Translations under genes and position numbers: made by a program | Source: a virus | Virus record (IMG/VR): IMGVR_UViG_3300045988_088004 | Direction: 5' to 3' (one strand) | Length of the DNA: 34,282 bases | The notes under the pieces: model-generated | Told to the model about the DNA's origin: nothing | The model's input: the letters and a program-made list of their open reading frames with translations, nothing else | Database searches by the model: none | In this document: in pieces, positions 1-9,105 of the stretch | Numbering within the stretch: position 1 is the stretch's first letter | How the letters are laid out: each line of letters opens with the position of its first letter

Positions 1-55
1 GCTACTTATCTTGACAACAAAGCAACAGGAACTCATTTAGTAACAAATAGTGGTA
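1..55. repeat. Terminal direct overlap; identical to 34228-34282 (circular contig closure)
   Basis: Read directly: the 55 nt gctacttatcttgacaacaaagcaacaggaactcatttagtaacaaatagtggta occur at both window ends, and the reading frame is continuous across the junction. Confidence 0.95.
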
Positions 56-807
56 GTTTTACATTAAATGAAACAACTGAAGTTAATCTAGGTTTTTATA
101 TATATAAGCAATCATTTGCAAATCAACAATTTAAAATACAACTAGAAAAAGGCTCAACAGCAACAACATATGAGCCATATAAAAGCAATAGTGCATTATT
201 AACATTAGGAGATAAAGAAATATGTAAAATAGGAAGCTATGAAGATAAGATATTCAAAGCCATAAAAGGTAATGAAATATATGATAGCCTAGCATCAGAA
301 GAAAAAAGCACACTAGACTACGGTAAATGGTATTTAAGAAAAAATACAGGTAAAGTAGTATTAAACGGAACTGAAAATTACAATTATTTCTTTTCAACAG
401 CAGGTATATTTATTTATAGAAATACTACAACGCCTTCAATAAATGACACAGAAAATATAAATTGTATAAGTAATTATTTTAAAGGAACATCTAGAACAAA
501 TATAAGAAGCAACCTAGCAAGTGTAAATAATGTATGTAGTACATATCAAAGCGAGTTTGTATTTGCTAATAAATCATTATCTACTGTAAATGATTTTAAA
601 GCTTGGCTAAGTACACACAATACAACTATTTACTACAAATTAGGAACACCAACAAACGAAGTATTTAACGATACTATTCAAGATCAATTAGATGACATTT
701 ATAATAATATGCTATCATACGAAGGACAAACTAACGTAAGCCAAGTAAACGACGACTTACCATTTAATATAAATTCAACAGCACTAAAAGACTTAAATAA
801 TTTATAG
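1..807 (+). CDS. Tail fibre / receptor-binding-like protein, 3' part of the wrap-around gene that starts at 33745
   Basis: Frame 1 is open from base 1 to TAG at 805-807. Base 1 equals base 34228, which is in frame with ATG 33745, giving a 429-aa ORF on the circle. The sequence is N/T/S/Y-rich and beta-type and lies in the tail module. No family recognised. Confidence 0.6.
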   Translation, partial: ATYLDNKATGTHLVTNSGSFTLNETTEVNLGFYIYKQSFANQQFKIQLEKGSTATTYEPYKSNSALLTLGDKEICKIGSYEDKIFKAIKGNEIYDSLASEEKSTLDYGKWYLRKNTGKVVLNGTENYNYFFSTAGIFIYRNTTTPSINDTENINCISNYFKGTSRTNIRSNLASVNNVCSTYQSEFVFANKSLSTVNDFKAWLSTHNTTIYYKLGTPTNEVFNDTIQDQLDDIYNNMLSYEGQTNVSQVNDDLPFNINSTALKDLNNL

Positions 808-817
808 GAGGTAAAAT

Positions 818-2521
818 ATGATTAAAATATTTGAAGCTACAGACAAGATATATACTTCAAATGGTGATAAGATTATCTTACCTTTAAAAGCAAAAGTACA
901 TAAACAAGATAACGGAGACTTCTACTTAGACCTAGAAGCTCCTTTGTCTTATATAGACTATTTAGTGCCTAATAATATCATAGTAGCTAATACACCACAG
1001 GGCGACGAGCCTTTTAGAATAGCCAACGTAGAGAACACCAGAACTAAAATAAAAATAAAAGCTTATCACGTTTTTTATGACAGCAAGAATTATTTAATTC
1101 AAGACAGCTACGTAGTAGATAAAAATTGTAATGACGCCCTAGACCACCTAAACAGTTCGACAGATAATACCAGCCCATTTACGACTATTTCAGATATAAC
1201 TAAGATAGCAAGTTATAGATGCGTAAGAAAAAGCCTATATGAAGCTATACAAGTGCTACTAGAACGTTACGGAGGGCATTTATACCGTGATAACTGGACT
1301 ATAGGAATAAAAGCAAGTTTAGGACAGGATAACGGAGTAACTATTAGATATGGTAAGAACTTAAAAGATATTAAAGCTACTTATGACTGGAGCAACGTAG
1401 TAACGAAGCTACTACCAGTAGGAAAAGATGGAATACTACTAAACGCAACAGATCCGTACGCATCAGTTTATTTACTAAGCCAAACGCAGTATGAAATACC
1501 ATTCACAAAAACGGTGAGCTTCGACCAGAGCAACATATCAGAAGACGACTACAAAGACGAAGAAACTGGAGAAGTGGACGTGGATGCATATACACAGGCA
1601 TTAGTTAACGACCTAGCAGAGCAGGGACAGAACTACATAGAAACAAATTCGCTACCAGTAGTAAACTACACGCTATCAGCAAACGTAGAAAAAGTATCAG
1701 ATATAGGAGATACAATACAAGTAATAGACGAAAAGCTAGGAATAAATCTACTAACTAATATAATCAGCTATGAATACGACTGCGTTTTAGATAAATATAC
1801 ACAGATCGAGTTTGGAAACTTTACGCCTACACTGTCTGGACTAATGAATAGCATTACTAATCAAACTCAAAAAATTGTAGACGAAGGTGTAGCTACAATT
1901 CAAGTCACATTAGGAGACGAATTAAAAGAAGCTCAGGATAAAATATGGAACGCTTTAGGATCTAGTTACGTTATATATGAAGGTGATAAGATCCTAGTAG
2001 TAGATAGTTTACCTAAAGAAACAGCCAGAAACGTCATAATGATAAATAACGGAGGTATAGCCTTCGGACAGAATGGAATAAATGGACAATTCAGTAGTGC
2101 GTGGACTATTGATAATGTTTTAAACATGGAGCAAATAAACGTAATAAATCTAACAGCAGACCTAATTAAAGGCGGAACGCTAAAGCTAGGAAGTAACCTA
2201 AATCAGAATGGACAGTTAGAGGTTTATGACGAAGCCAATACGCTAATAGCCGAACTAGATAAAGACGGACTAAAGATGTACGGTGTAGACGGATCATACG
2301 TACTAATGAATAATACCGTAGGATTTGCAGGATACGACAGATTAGGAAATCAGATATACTGGGTAAGTAAGGACGAGTTTCACATGAAAAAGTCAGTAGT
2401 AGAAGAAGAAATAACTTTATGTAATAAAATGAGATTTATACCTATTGAAATTTATGACGATAATAATAAATTAGTAAATGACGGAATAGGACTAGTATCA
2501 GTAGCAGGAGGTGGTAACTAA
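818..2521 (+). CDS. Tail-associated lysin-like / phage minor structural protein (Tal, prophage-tail endopeptidase family)
   Basis: RBS ggagg lies 7 nt upstream. The N-terminus MIKIFEATDKIYTSNGDKIILPLKAKVHKQDNGDFYLDLEAP...FRIANVE is typical of siphovirus Tal N-terminal domains. Position in the tail-tip module. Confidence 0.7.
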   Translation: MIKIFEATDKIYTSNGDKIILPLKAKVHKQDNGDFYLDLEAPLSYIDYLVPNNIIVANTPQGDEPFRIANVENTRTKIKIKAYHVFYDSKNYLIQDSYVVDKNCNDALDHLNSSTDNTSPFTTISDITKIASYRCVRKSLYEAIQVLLERYGGHLYRDNWTIGIKASLGQDNGVTIRYGKNLKDIKATYDWSNVVTKLLPVGKDGILLNATDPYASVYLLSQTQYEIPFTKTVSFDQSNISEDDYKDEETGEVDVDAYTQALVNDLAEQGQNYIETNSLPVVNYTLSANVEKVSDIGDTIQVIDEKLGINLLTNIISYEYDCVLDKYTQIEFGNFTPTLSGLMNSITNQTQKIVDEGVATIQVTLGDELKEAQDKIWNALGSSYVIYEGDKILVVDSLPKETARNVIMINNGGIAFGQNGINGQFSSAWTIDNVLNMEQINVINLTADLIKGGTLKLGSNLNQNGQLEVYDEANTLIAELDKDGLKMYGVDGSYVLMNNTVGFAGYDRLGNQIYWVSKDEFHMKKSVVEEEITLCNKMRFIPIEIYDDNNKLVNDGIGLVSVAGGGN

Positions 2522-4302
2522 TGGCGAGTGCATCTAATTCAGTAAACTTAACTTCAAACAATGGATATAAGTATACATTAACAGCTAGTTTTATCGAAAA
2601 TAGTACAGATATCGCTAATAACACTTCTAACGTAACAGTCACAGCTACCATAAAGTCAAATGGTGCAAGCTGGAGCAGTAGTTATAATTCTACGTTAATA
2701 ATTTATTGGCATGACAACCGAGAAAACTACGACAGACAAGTAGCTAGCATAAATCTAAAAAGTCTAGGAGCAAATGCTAGTGCTAACGCATCAGAAACAA
2801 TAAATGTAACACATAAAGACGACGGAACTCTATCAGGATATGCCTACGCTTCATTTAATAAAGGCGGTACTAGTGCATGGACTCCAAACAACGGAGGAGT
2901 AAGTACGAACTGGACGGCACTAACTACAATAGCCAGAGCAAGCCAACCTTCTATAAATACGTGGCCTCAAAACAGCCCAGACTTTAATATAGGTGATACA
3001 ATAACTATTCATATGAATAGAAAAAGTACAGCATTTACTCATACAGTAACACTATACTTTGGAAACTACTCATATCAAATAGCTACAGAAGTAACAAATA
3101 ACTGCACGCTGGATACTAGTGCAATAGCAAATAATCTATATCAGCAAATACCGAACGCAAGCGTAGGAGAAGGAAATATTACAGTAATAACCTATAATGG
3201 ATCTACTCAAATAGGTACGAAAAGTTGTTTATTTTATGCTCACGTAGTAAATTCTAGTCCTACATTTAATCAGGCATATTTAGACAGTAACTCAACCACG
3301 ACAGCTATTACAGGAAACAACCAGCAAATAATCAGAAACAATAGTACATTAAGAGTAAACGTCACGAACGCACAGGCAAAAAACTATGCAACTCTAAGTA
3401 GCGCTAAAGTGGTTATTAACGGACAGACTTATACAGCTTCTTTTAGTGGATCAAACGCAACTTTTAATATCGGAGTGCTAAATATTTCTGATAATATTAC
3501 AGCTGTAGTATCAGTAACAGACAGCAGAGGCATTACTACTAACAAAGATTTACCTATAACTATCTTAAACTGGGAATTACCTACGGCTATTATTACTCTA
3601 CAAAGACAGAATAACTTCTATAGTGAGACGGATATAAACGTAAATGCGGAATATTCAAGCCTAGATAATAAAAATACAATATCTATAAAAGTCCGCTATA
3701 AAAAGGTTTCGGATGCAACATATAGCAACTGGACGACACTACAGGACGACGTAAAACAGCAATTTACTTTAGATAATAATTACGAATGGAACGTCCAAGT
3801 AGTTTTAGAGGATAGGATAGGAACGACCACATATAATTTAGTGCTAAATAGAGGTATTCCGATAGCGTTCTTTGATAGACTAAAAAGAAGTCTTGGTATA
3901 AATTGTTTCCCAAAAGATACAGAAAGCCTAGAAGTAAATGATTTAAACATTTTAAATAAAATACTTGGAACTGAGTTGTATAACAATACCACAGGCTCAA
4001 ATAGTGCTATCACACTTTCCGAAAGTGCAGCTAATTTTACTTATTTGGAGATATTTTATAGAAACAACGATAATTATTATAATTCTACTAAAATATATCA
4101 GCCTAACGGAAAAATTGCATATTTAGACGCAGATTATCCGTATACAAGTGGTGAAGGCTATTCTTATGCAAAAAAGACTTCAGTACAAATATCAGGCACA
4201 AGTATTAGACCGATAAATTACGTCGAATTAACAGTAATGCCGTCAGGTGCTAACATACTAAATAAAAACAATATTTATATAACTAGAGTAGTAGGATATT
4301 AA
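2521..4302 (+). CDS. Tail fibre / receptor-binding protein (593 aa)
   Basis: ATG overlaps the upstream stop (TAATG). Long N/S/T-rich beta-type protein, last large gene of the tail module. Family assignment uncertain. Confidence 0.55.
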   Translation: MASASNSVNLTSNNGYKYTLTASFIENSTDIANNTSNVTVTATIKSNGASWSSSYNSTLIIYWHDNRENYDRQVASINLKSLGANASANASETINVTHKDDGTLSGYAYASFNKGGTSAWTPNNGGVSTNWTALTTIARASQPSINTWPQNSPDFNIGDTITIHMNRKSTAFTHTVTLYFGNYSYQIATEVTNNCTLDTSAIANNLYQQIPNASVGEGNITVITYNGSTQIGTKSCLFYAHVVNSSPTFNQAYLDSNSTTTAITGNNQQIIRNNSTLRVNVTNAQAKNYATLSSAKVVINGQTYTASFSGSNATFNIGVLNISDNITAVVSVTDSRGITTNKDLPITILNWELPTAIITLQRQNNFYSETDINVNAEYSSLDNKNTISIKVRYKKVSDATYSNWTTLQDDVKQQFTLDNNYEWNVQVVLEDRIGTTTYNLVLNRGIPIAFFDRLKRSLGINCFPKDTESLEVNDLNILNKILGTELYNNTTGSNSAITLSESAANFTYLEIFYRNNDNYYNSTKIYQPNGKIAYLDADYPYTSGEGYSYAKKTSVQISGTSIRPINYVELTVMPSGANILNKNNIYITRVVGY

Positions 4303-4316
4303 GATAAGGAGGAAAA

Positions 4317-4529
4317 ATGACTGCAGTACTAACAGCTGTAATATCAGGACTATGCGTAGCAGTTCCTAGCATAGTAGCTACGATATTAGCTAATAAAAGA
4401 AATAACGACCTAGTACTATTTAGAATAAACGAACTAGACCAAAAAGTACACGAGCATAATCAACTTATTGACAGAATGTATAAAATAGAAAACAGAGTAA
4501 CTATTTTAGAGGAAAATAAAAAAGACTAG
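4317..4529 (+). CDS. Small membrane protein, XhlA/BhlA(UviB)-like, holin-associated
   Basis: RBS aaggagg. One N-terminal TM helix (AVLTAVISGLCVAVPSIVATIL) followed by a charged coiled coil (DQKVHEHNQLIDRMYKIENRV). The architecture resembles BhlA/XhlA peptides. Confidence 0.45.
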   Translation: MTAVLTAVISGLCVAVPSIVATILANKRNNDLVLFRINELDQKVHEHNQLIDRMYKIENRVTILEENKKD

Positions 4530-4634
4530 GCGGTAACCTAGTCTTAGTCAGGAAGTTATTAAAGAAAGAGTATTTATAATGAGAGGTGCGTACGCATTTA
4601 TAGTATTCACTAATCAAGAAAAATAATACAAACA

Positions 4635-4662
4635 GGCTAGGATAATTCCTAGTCTTTTTTTT
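4635..4662 (+). terminator. Rho-independent terminator ending the late operon
   Basis: The stem is ggctagga/tcctagtc with loop taat, followed by 8 T. Confidence 0.7.
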
Positions 4663-4700
4663 ATGGTACAAAAAGGACAGCTCCGACAGGAGTAGTCTAG

Positions 4701-6056
4701 TTACGACCGAAAAACAAGAGTTATATTTAAGTCTTCGTCTATCGTGATATTCTTTATAACACTATTCCATAAAGCCCGCTTTTTTTCCTTTTCTAAATTG
4801 TTATAAATAGTCTTCCAGTCATTTACAAAAAACTTGTTAATATCTTTTATTTCTTTGTTAGAAGTTGTTAAGGCTTCTATTTTTTTTAATTCTTTTTCCA
4901 AGTCGTCGTATTCTATATCATAATCAGAAGCAGAGATCCGACCTTTACGAAACATATAATTTAGGTTATCAAGTTCTGTTTTAATGTCTTTTATTTGTTT
5001 TTTAAGCTTTTCTTTTTCAGGCTTCGGAAGTATTTCAACGTCTGTACGCACAGATGCAATATGCTTATTTAACAAGTCTTCTACGTTTTCTATTAAAAAC
5101 TTTTCTATCTTTTCTTCCGTTATTCCTTTTTTGAAACTACATAATTTAGTACTTTTATGTTTACCACAGACGTAGCTATAATATCTTTTTTTTCCGTCGT
5201 AGTATTTTCCAACAAAAGAAGACTTACATTCAGGACATTTAATCATACCAACAAATAAATATACATTTTTATTCTTCCTGACTTTTACATTGCCTTTTAT
5301 ATATTCCTGATTTAAAAGGTATTCTTTTTCTGTAATATAAGCTGGAGCATAATTATAATTATCTTTATATTTTCCAGTATATAAGTCACGTTTCAAGATC
5401 CGAGCATAAGTCCTATAGTCCTTTGTTAAATTGTATTTTTTGTTAATATATATGCAAGTGCTACGAATTGAACGATAAGTCGAAAAGTGATCGAAAATAT
5501 CATTTACAATAGCTTCGGTTTCTTTATCTTTGATTATTACTTTTTTTCCGTCTTTTTCACCAATTTTATAGCCAAAAGGGAGCGAGCCTGTAACGGCTTC
5601 ACCCTCACGTACTTTATACTCAAATACAGCTTTAATACGTTCGGATCCTCTATCTAATTCATGCTGGGCTAGTGACAATTTTAAATTAAATAAAAACATA
5701 CCGTTAGAAGTGGTAGTATCTACGTTTTCTTCTTTTATAGCTATCATGTCTGTATTATTCTGTTTTAATAATTGCAAAAGTTTATTAGCTTCTAACACAT
5801 TCCTAGAAAGTCTATCTATTCTGGTGAATAAAATAGCATCCAATTTAGGAAGATCATTTATCATTCTTTGCAGGTTAGGACGTTTCATGTTGGAAGCCGA
5901 ATAGCCTTCGTCTATGTATAAATCAATTAAGTTATGATTATTTTCATTACACCATTTTTCTATTTCTTCTATCTGGGCTTTGGTAGAGTATCCGAACTTT
6001 TTTTGTTCTTCATGGGATACTCTAACATAACCGCCTATTTTTAAAACTTTTTTCAA
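4701..6056 (-). CDS. int: Large serine recombinase (phage integrase)
   Basis: N-terminal resolvase catalytic domain (GGYVRVSHEEQ...DEGYSASN...IDRLSRN), then a recombinase domain and a Cys-rich zinc ribbon (CPECKS...C...C). The maximal ORF reaches 6071, but GGAGG at 6065-6069 favours the TTG start at 6056 (MKKVLKIGGY). Confidence 0.9.
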   Translation of the reverse strand: MKKVLKIGGYVRVSHEEQKKFGYSTKAQIEEIEKWCNENNHNLIDLYIDEGYSASNMKRPNLQRMINDLPKLDAILFTRIDRLSRNVLEANKLLQLLKQNNTDMIAIKEENVDTTTSNGMFLFNLKLSLAQHELDRGSERIKAVFEYKVREGEAVTGSLPFGYKIGEKDGKKVIIKDKETEAIVNDIFDHFSTYRSIRSTCIYINKKYNLTKDYRTYARILKRDLYTGKYKDNYNYAPAYITEKEYLLNQEYIKGNVKVRKNKNVYLFVGMIKCPECKSSFVGKYYDGKKRYYSYVCGKHKSTKLCSFKKGITEEKIEKFLIENVEDLLNKHIASVRTDVEILPKPEKEKLKKQIKDIKTELDNLNYMFRKGRISASDYDIEYDDLEKELKKIEALTTSNKEIKDINKFFVNDWKTIYNNLEKEKKRALWNSVIKNITIDEDLNITLVFRS

Positions 6057-6071
6057 AAAGAAAACCTCCAA

Positions 6072-6090
6072 TGTTTACAAATAGAAAATA
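6072..6090 (+). repeat. Junction motif copy (tttacaaatagaaaataaa), 19 nt identical to 11753-11771
   Basis: Read directly. It lies between the integrase start and a small + ORF. TTTACA plus 16-17 nt plus CATAAT could act as a promoter. Confidence 0.6.
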
Positions 6091-6132
6091 AAGTACATAA
6101 TACTAATAACTTTTTCAGAAAGGAGCGATATT

Positions 6133-6240
6133 ATGAATATCGAGAAGTTCTATGAAATGTTATTTAAACTGTATGCAGAGCAAGAACATTTAAAAATTAA
6201 ATACGAACTTTTTTTTAAGCAAAATGTTTCAAATAGTTAA
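6133..6240 (+). CDS. Small ORF (35 aa), hypothetical
   Basis: RBS gaaaggag lies 7 nt before the ATG. Product is MNIEKFYEMLFKLYAEQEHLKIKYELFFKQNVSNS. Its end is convergent with and overlaps the repressor stop. Too short for confidence. Confidence 0.3.
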   Translation: MNIEKFYEMLFKLYAEQEHLKIKYELFFKQNVSNS

Positions 6241-6575
6241 TTATCCATGCTGTCTAGATAAATTTTCATAATTTTACGGTATAGTTCTTCTTTTTTCTCA
6301 GCTGGAAGATCACTATTAAAAAGAGCGTCTATTCTGGAGATAACGTCTACAGCGTCGTCAAAGTTATTCGTCTCAATTCCGAAGTATGATATATCTATTT
6401 CAAAAACTTCGCAGAAGCGTTTTAAAGTATTAAGTGTAAGGCTTCTTTTACCAGCTTCGATATTGCAAATTGCAGGACGAGATAAGCCCACTTTTTCAGC
6501 TAATTCATATTGCCTCCAACCGTGAAGGAGACGCAGTTCTTTAATCTGTTTACCAATGCGTTTATGATTTATCAT
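6237..6575 (-). CDS. cI-like XRE-family HTH repressor (112 aa)
   Basis: HTH IGKQIKELRLLHGWRQYELAEKVGLSRPAICNIEAGKRS. RBS aggagg lies upstream of ATG 6575. The 150-aa track ORF extends into the promoter region with implausible hydrophobic sequence. Confidence 0.8.
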   Translation of the reverse strand: MINHKRIGKQIKELRLLHGWRQYELAEKVGLSRPAICNIEAGKRSLTLNTLKRFCEVFEIDISYFGIETNNFDDAVDVISRIDALFNSDLPAEKKEELYRKIMKIYLDSMDN

Positions 6576-6611
6576 ATTATAACCTCCTAGTGTATTATGT
6601 AACAATAATAT

Positions 6612-6681
6612 CAAAAAAGTTACATTAGGAAAATAAAAAACGTAAATATTACAAAAAGTTTCCAAAATATAGCAAAAAGTT
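6612..6681. promoter_or_regulatory. Three direct CAAAAAGTT repeats (candidate operators) in the cI/cro intergenic region
   Basis: Copies at 6612-6621 (six A), 6652-6660 and 6673-6681. The last abuts the -35 of the rightward promoter. Confidence 0.4.
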
Positions 6682-6682
6682 A

Positions 6683-6711
6683 TTGACATTATGAAAACGT
6701 TTTTTTATAAT
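6683..6711 (+). promoter_or_regulatory. Early rightward promoter, consensus TTGACA-17-TATAAT
   Basis: TTGACA at 6683-6688, a 17-nt spacer and TATAAT at 6706-6711, directly upstream of the Cro-like gene and divergent from the repressor. Confidence 0.75.
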
Positions 6712-6733
6712 GAAAATAGAAAGGAGTAACAGA

Positions 6734-6940
6734 ATGAAAAGATATAATTTAAAAAGTTTCCGAGAGAAACAAGGGCTTAATCAATTAGAAATGTCTAAAA
6801 AACTAGGAATATCTAAGAGCTACTATGTAGCAATAGAACTAGGCAATAGCGAGGCGTCCTTTAGAGTAGCAGAAGCACTATATAACAATTTTAAAGACAA
6901 ATACGACGATATATTCGAACTACTAAAAAAAGGAGTATAA
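6734..6940 (+). CDS. Cro-like XRE-family HTH regulator
   Basis: RBS aaggag lies 7 nt before ATG 6734. HTH LKSFREKQGLNQLEMSKKLGISKSYYVAIELG. Divergent from the repressor. Confidence 0.75.
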   Translation: MKRYNLKSFREKQGLNQLEMSKKLGISKSYYVAIELGNSEASFRVAEALYNNFKDKYDDIFELLKKGV

Positions 6941-6941
6941 C

Positions 6942-7073
6942 ATGGAGGAAAAATATCAGGAAGCAATAATACTACTAAGCGAATTACTAAGCGATCCAGA
7001 TAAAGAAAAAGAAATAGAAATATTAGAAAGAGAAATTAAAGAGTTAGAGAATTATAGAAAAGAGGATATTTAA
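6942..7073 (+). CDS. Small acidic coiled-coil ORF (43 aa), hypothetical
   Basis: RBS aaaggag. Its stop overlaps the next ATG (TAATG). Confidence 0.4.
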   Translation: MEEKYQEAIILLSELLSDPDKEKEIEILEREIKELENYRKEDI

Positions 7074-7888
7074 TGAAAGAAGATATAAAAGTAAGTTACG
7101 AACAAATAAAAAAAGCAAATGAAGAAATAGAAAATATAAAACTAGGTACTAAAGGATACGCTCAGGTAAACGAGAGAATAAAAGCGTATAGAAAAGTTTA
7201 TCCTACAGGATCAATAATTACACAGATAGAAGAACTAAGAGACGACTACGTAAGAGTAAGAGCAGAAGTAAGAGACGAAAAAGGAAGTTTTATAAGTACT
7301 GGAACAGCTAGCGAGATGCTAACAGGAGATAGTAAAAAAGACTATATAAATAAAACTTCAATGGTAGAAAACTGCGAAACGTCAGCAGTAGGTAGAGCTT
7401 TAGGCTTTGCAGGTTTCGGAGTAGATACAGCTATAGCAAGTGCAGAAGATATAGAAAGATCTAAGCAAAAAAATAAAACCTTTGAAATTTATAATAATAT
7501 GTTTATTAGGGACGAGGAAGCTAAATACGTAATAAAAGTGGTAATCGGAGATTTAATGCGAAAAATGGGAGTAGTAAAAGCAGGACTAAGTGCCGTAGTA
7601 GAAAAAGAGTTATGGACTTCTTTAGAAGAAATGACTACACACCAGCTATTAAAGTTAGAAGGTAAATTAAAGACTTTGAATATGGAAACTAACAGCTGGC
7701 ACGATTTATATAACGAAAATGTAAAAATAAAAGACGTAGTACCAAAAGGACAAGAAGTAGTATACGAGAGTAGCTGGTATAAGTTTGGTAAAATGGCACT
7801 AGAGCAAGCAGGAACGGACGAATTATTAAGAAATGATATTATTAACAGCTATATTGATATGGGGATAAATTTAGAGGATAAAAAGTAG
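7073..7888 (+). CDS. Hypothetical early protein; possible single-strand annealing/recombination protein
   Basis: Lies two genes upstream of SSB in the early operon. The motif NCETSAVGRALGFAGFG recalls phage SSAP-type proteins. The assignment comes from memory of the motif only. Confidence 0.4.
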   Translation: MKEDIKVSYEQIKKANEEIENIKLGTKGYAQVNERIKAYRKVYPTGSIITQIEELRDDYVRVRAEVRDEKGSFISTGTASEMLTGDSKKDYINKTSMVENCETSAVGRALGFAGFGVDTAIASAEDIERSKQKNKTFEIYNNMFIRDEEAKYVIKVVIGDLMRKMGVVKAGLSAVVEKELWTSLEEMTTHQLLKLEGKLKTLNMETNSWHDLYNENVKIKDVVPKGQEVVYESSWYKFGKMALEQAGTDELLRNDIINSYIDMGINLEDKK

Positions 7889-7897
7889 GTGGATAAT

Positions 7898-8152
7898 ATG
7901 TACTGGGACTTAACAAACGAGGATCTAGAAAAAATAAAAGAAATATCAGAAGTAACAGGCGTAGACTACGAACTAAAAGGAAACTTAGTACCAGTAGACA
8001 GCCTAATATACGCTTTAAAAGATATGCTATACGAATATCATAATAAACAAGAAGAAATAGACGATTTAAAACAGGAAATAGAGGATAACTACGAGCCAAG
8101 AAAAATAGATCCGTACGAAGAATACGGAGTATCAAGAAACGACTTTTTTTAG
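7898..8152 (+). CDS. Hypothetical acidic protein
   Basis: RBS aggtgg precedes ATG 7898. The track start GTG 7889 lies inside that RBS. Confidence 0.55.
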   Translation: MYWDLTNEDLEKIKEISEVTGVDYELKGNLVPVDSLIYALKDMLYEYHNKQEEIDDLKQEIEDNYEPRKIDPYEEYGVSRNDFF

Positions 8153-8161
8153 GAGGATAAT

Positions 8162-8278
8162 ATGGAAGATAAATATAAAGTATTAGTAAATTATTTAAAA
8201 GTAATTATAGAAGACCAAACATATATAGCAACAGTAGATATTAAAAAAATATTAAAAGCATTAGAGGAGGTAGAGTAA
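8162..8278 (+). CDS. Small ORF (38 aa), hypothetical
   Basis: RBS aggagg precedes the ATG, and the stop overlaps the next ATG. Short. Confidence 0.3.
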   Translation: MEDKYKVLVNYLKVIIEDQTYIATVDIKKILKALEEVE

Positions 8279-8358
8279 TGAAAGCAATTATAATTACTAC
8301 GATTATATGCGTAACTTTGATAATTTTATCAGCACTAAATAAGAAGGGAGATAAATAA

Positions 8359-8760
8359 ATGAATAAATGTTTCATAACAGGGCGTATAGCCAATAACTTA
8401 GAACTAAGAAGCACTAGCACAGGCAAAAGTATATGCGAATTCAGACTAGCAACAAATAGACTAACAAATAGAGACGGAGAAAAAGTGGCAGACTTTATTA
8501 ACTGTAGAGTATGGGGAAAAACAGCCGAGAACTTAGTAAAATATCAAACTAAAGGAAATTTAATTGCTGTATCAGGTAGAATGCAAGTAGACATATACCA
8601 AGACAAAGAAGGAAAAAACAGATATAACAATTATTTACTAGTAGAAGAACTAGAGTTCCTAGAAAAGAAAAAAGAAGAAGATAACGAGTTCAAAGACCTA
8701 AAAACAAAAACAGAAGTACAGGATCAGTTCGAATACACAGATGAAGACCTTCCATTTTAG
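8359..8760 (+). CDS. ssb: Single-stranded DNA-binding protein
   Basis: OB-fold N-terminus (NKCFITGRIANNLELRSTSTGKSICEFRLA...FINCRVWGKTAENL) and an acidic tail ending DEDLPF. Confidence 0.9.
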   Translation: MNKCFITGRIANNLELRSTSTGKSICEFRLATNRLTNRDGEKVADFINCRVWGKTAENLVKYQTKGNLIAVSGRMQVDIYQDKEGKNRYNNYLLVEELEFLEKKKEEDNEFKDLKTKTEVQDQFEYTDEDLPF

Positions 8761-8769
8761 GAGGAAACA

Positions 8770-9105
8770 ATGAATTTATACAATGAACTAGAAAGTAAAA
8801 TACAAGAGCTAGAAGTAAGTATCAGATCACTAAGGAAAACAGGAACAAACTACGCACAGGCAGAAAGAGACTATAAAGTACTACTAAGGCAAGAAGTATT
8901 AAAGTTAAGAGACGAAGGGCAAGCAATAGGAGTAATTACTTTAACTTGCTATGGTATTCCGTCAGTAGCAGAAGCGAGATTTAAAAGAGACATAGCCGAA
9001 ACCATTTATAAAGCTAATCTAGAAGCAATAAATAGTATTAAGTTACAACTAAGATTATTAGAAAACCAGATCCAGAGGGAATATGGTACGCAAATATCAC
9101 AATAA
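8770..9105 (+). CDS. Hypothetical coiled-coil protein
   Basis: RBS taggagg, 111-aa ORF in the early operon. Confidence 0.55.
   Translation: MNLYNELESKIQELEVSIRSLRKTGTNYAQAERDYKVLLRQEVLKLRDEGQAIGVITLTCYGIPSVAEARFKRDIAETIYKANLEAINSIKLQLRLLENQIQREYGTQISQ

Noticed and set aside
2521-4302. Very high density of N-x-S/T sequons in the 593-aa fibre protein as possible N-glycosylation targets of the phage GT.
   Set aside because: Asn/Ser/Thr richness is normal for fibre proteins in AT-rich genomes. GT4 enzymes are not known N-glycosyltransferases, so chance explains the sequons.
4587-4596. 10-nt palindrome tgcgtacgca and surrounding sequence as the attP core for the serine recombinase.
   Set aside because: The location near int is plausible, but serine-integrase attP sites cannot be recognised from sequence alone. 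With no host junction to compare, this is noted only as a region to test.
6576-6689. N-terminal extensions given by the ORF track: repressor from 6689, 10839 start, 14271 start, 16274 start, 31192 start and 6710 start.
   Set aside because: Each extension runs through a promoter, junction motif, upstream gene or intron and lacks an SD sequence. In every case except 31192 an internal ATG with a good SD gives the conserved N-terminus. For 31192 the coding sequence instead begins at the exon 2 boundary (31204) after splicing.
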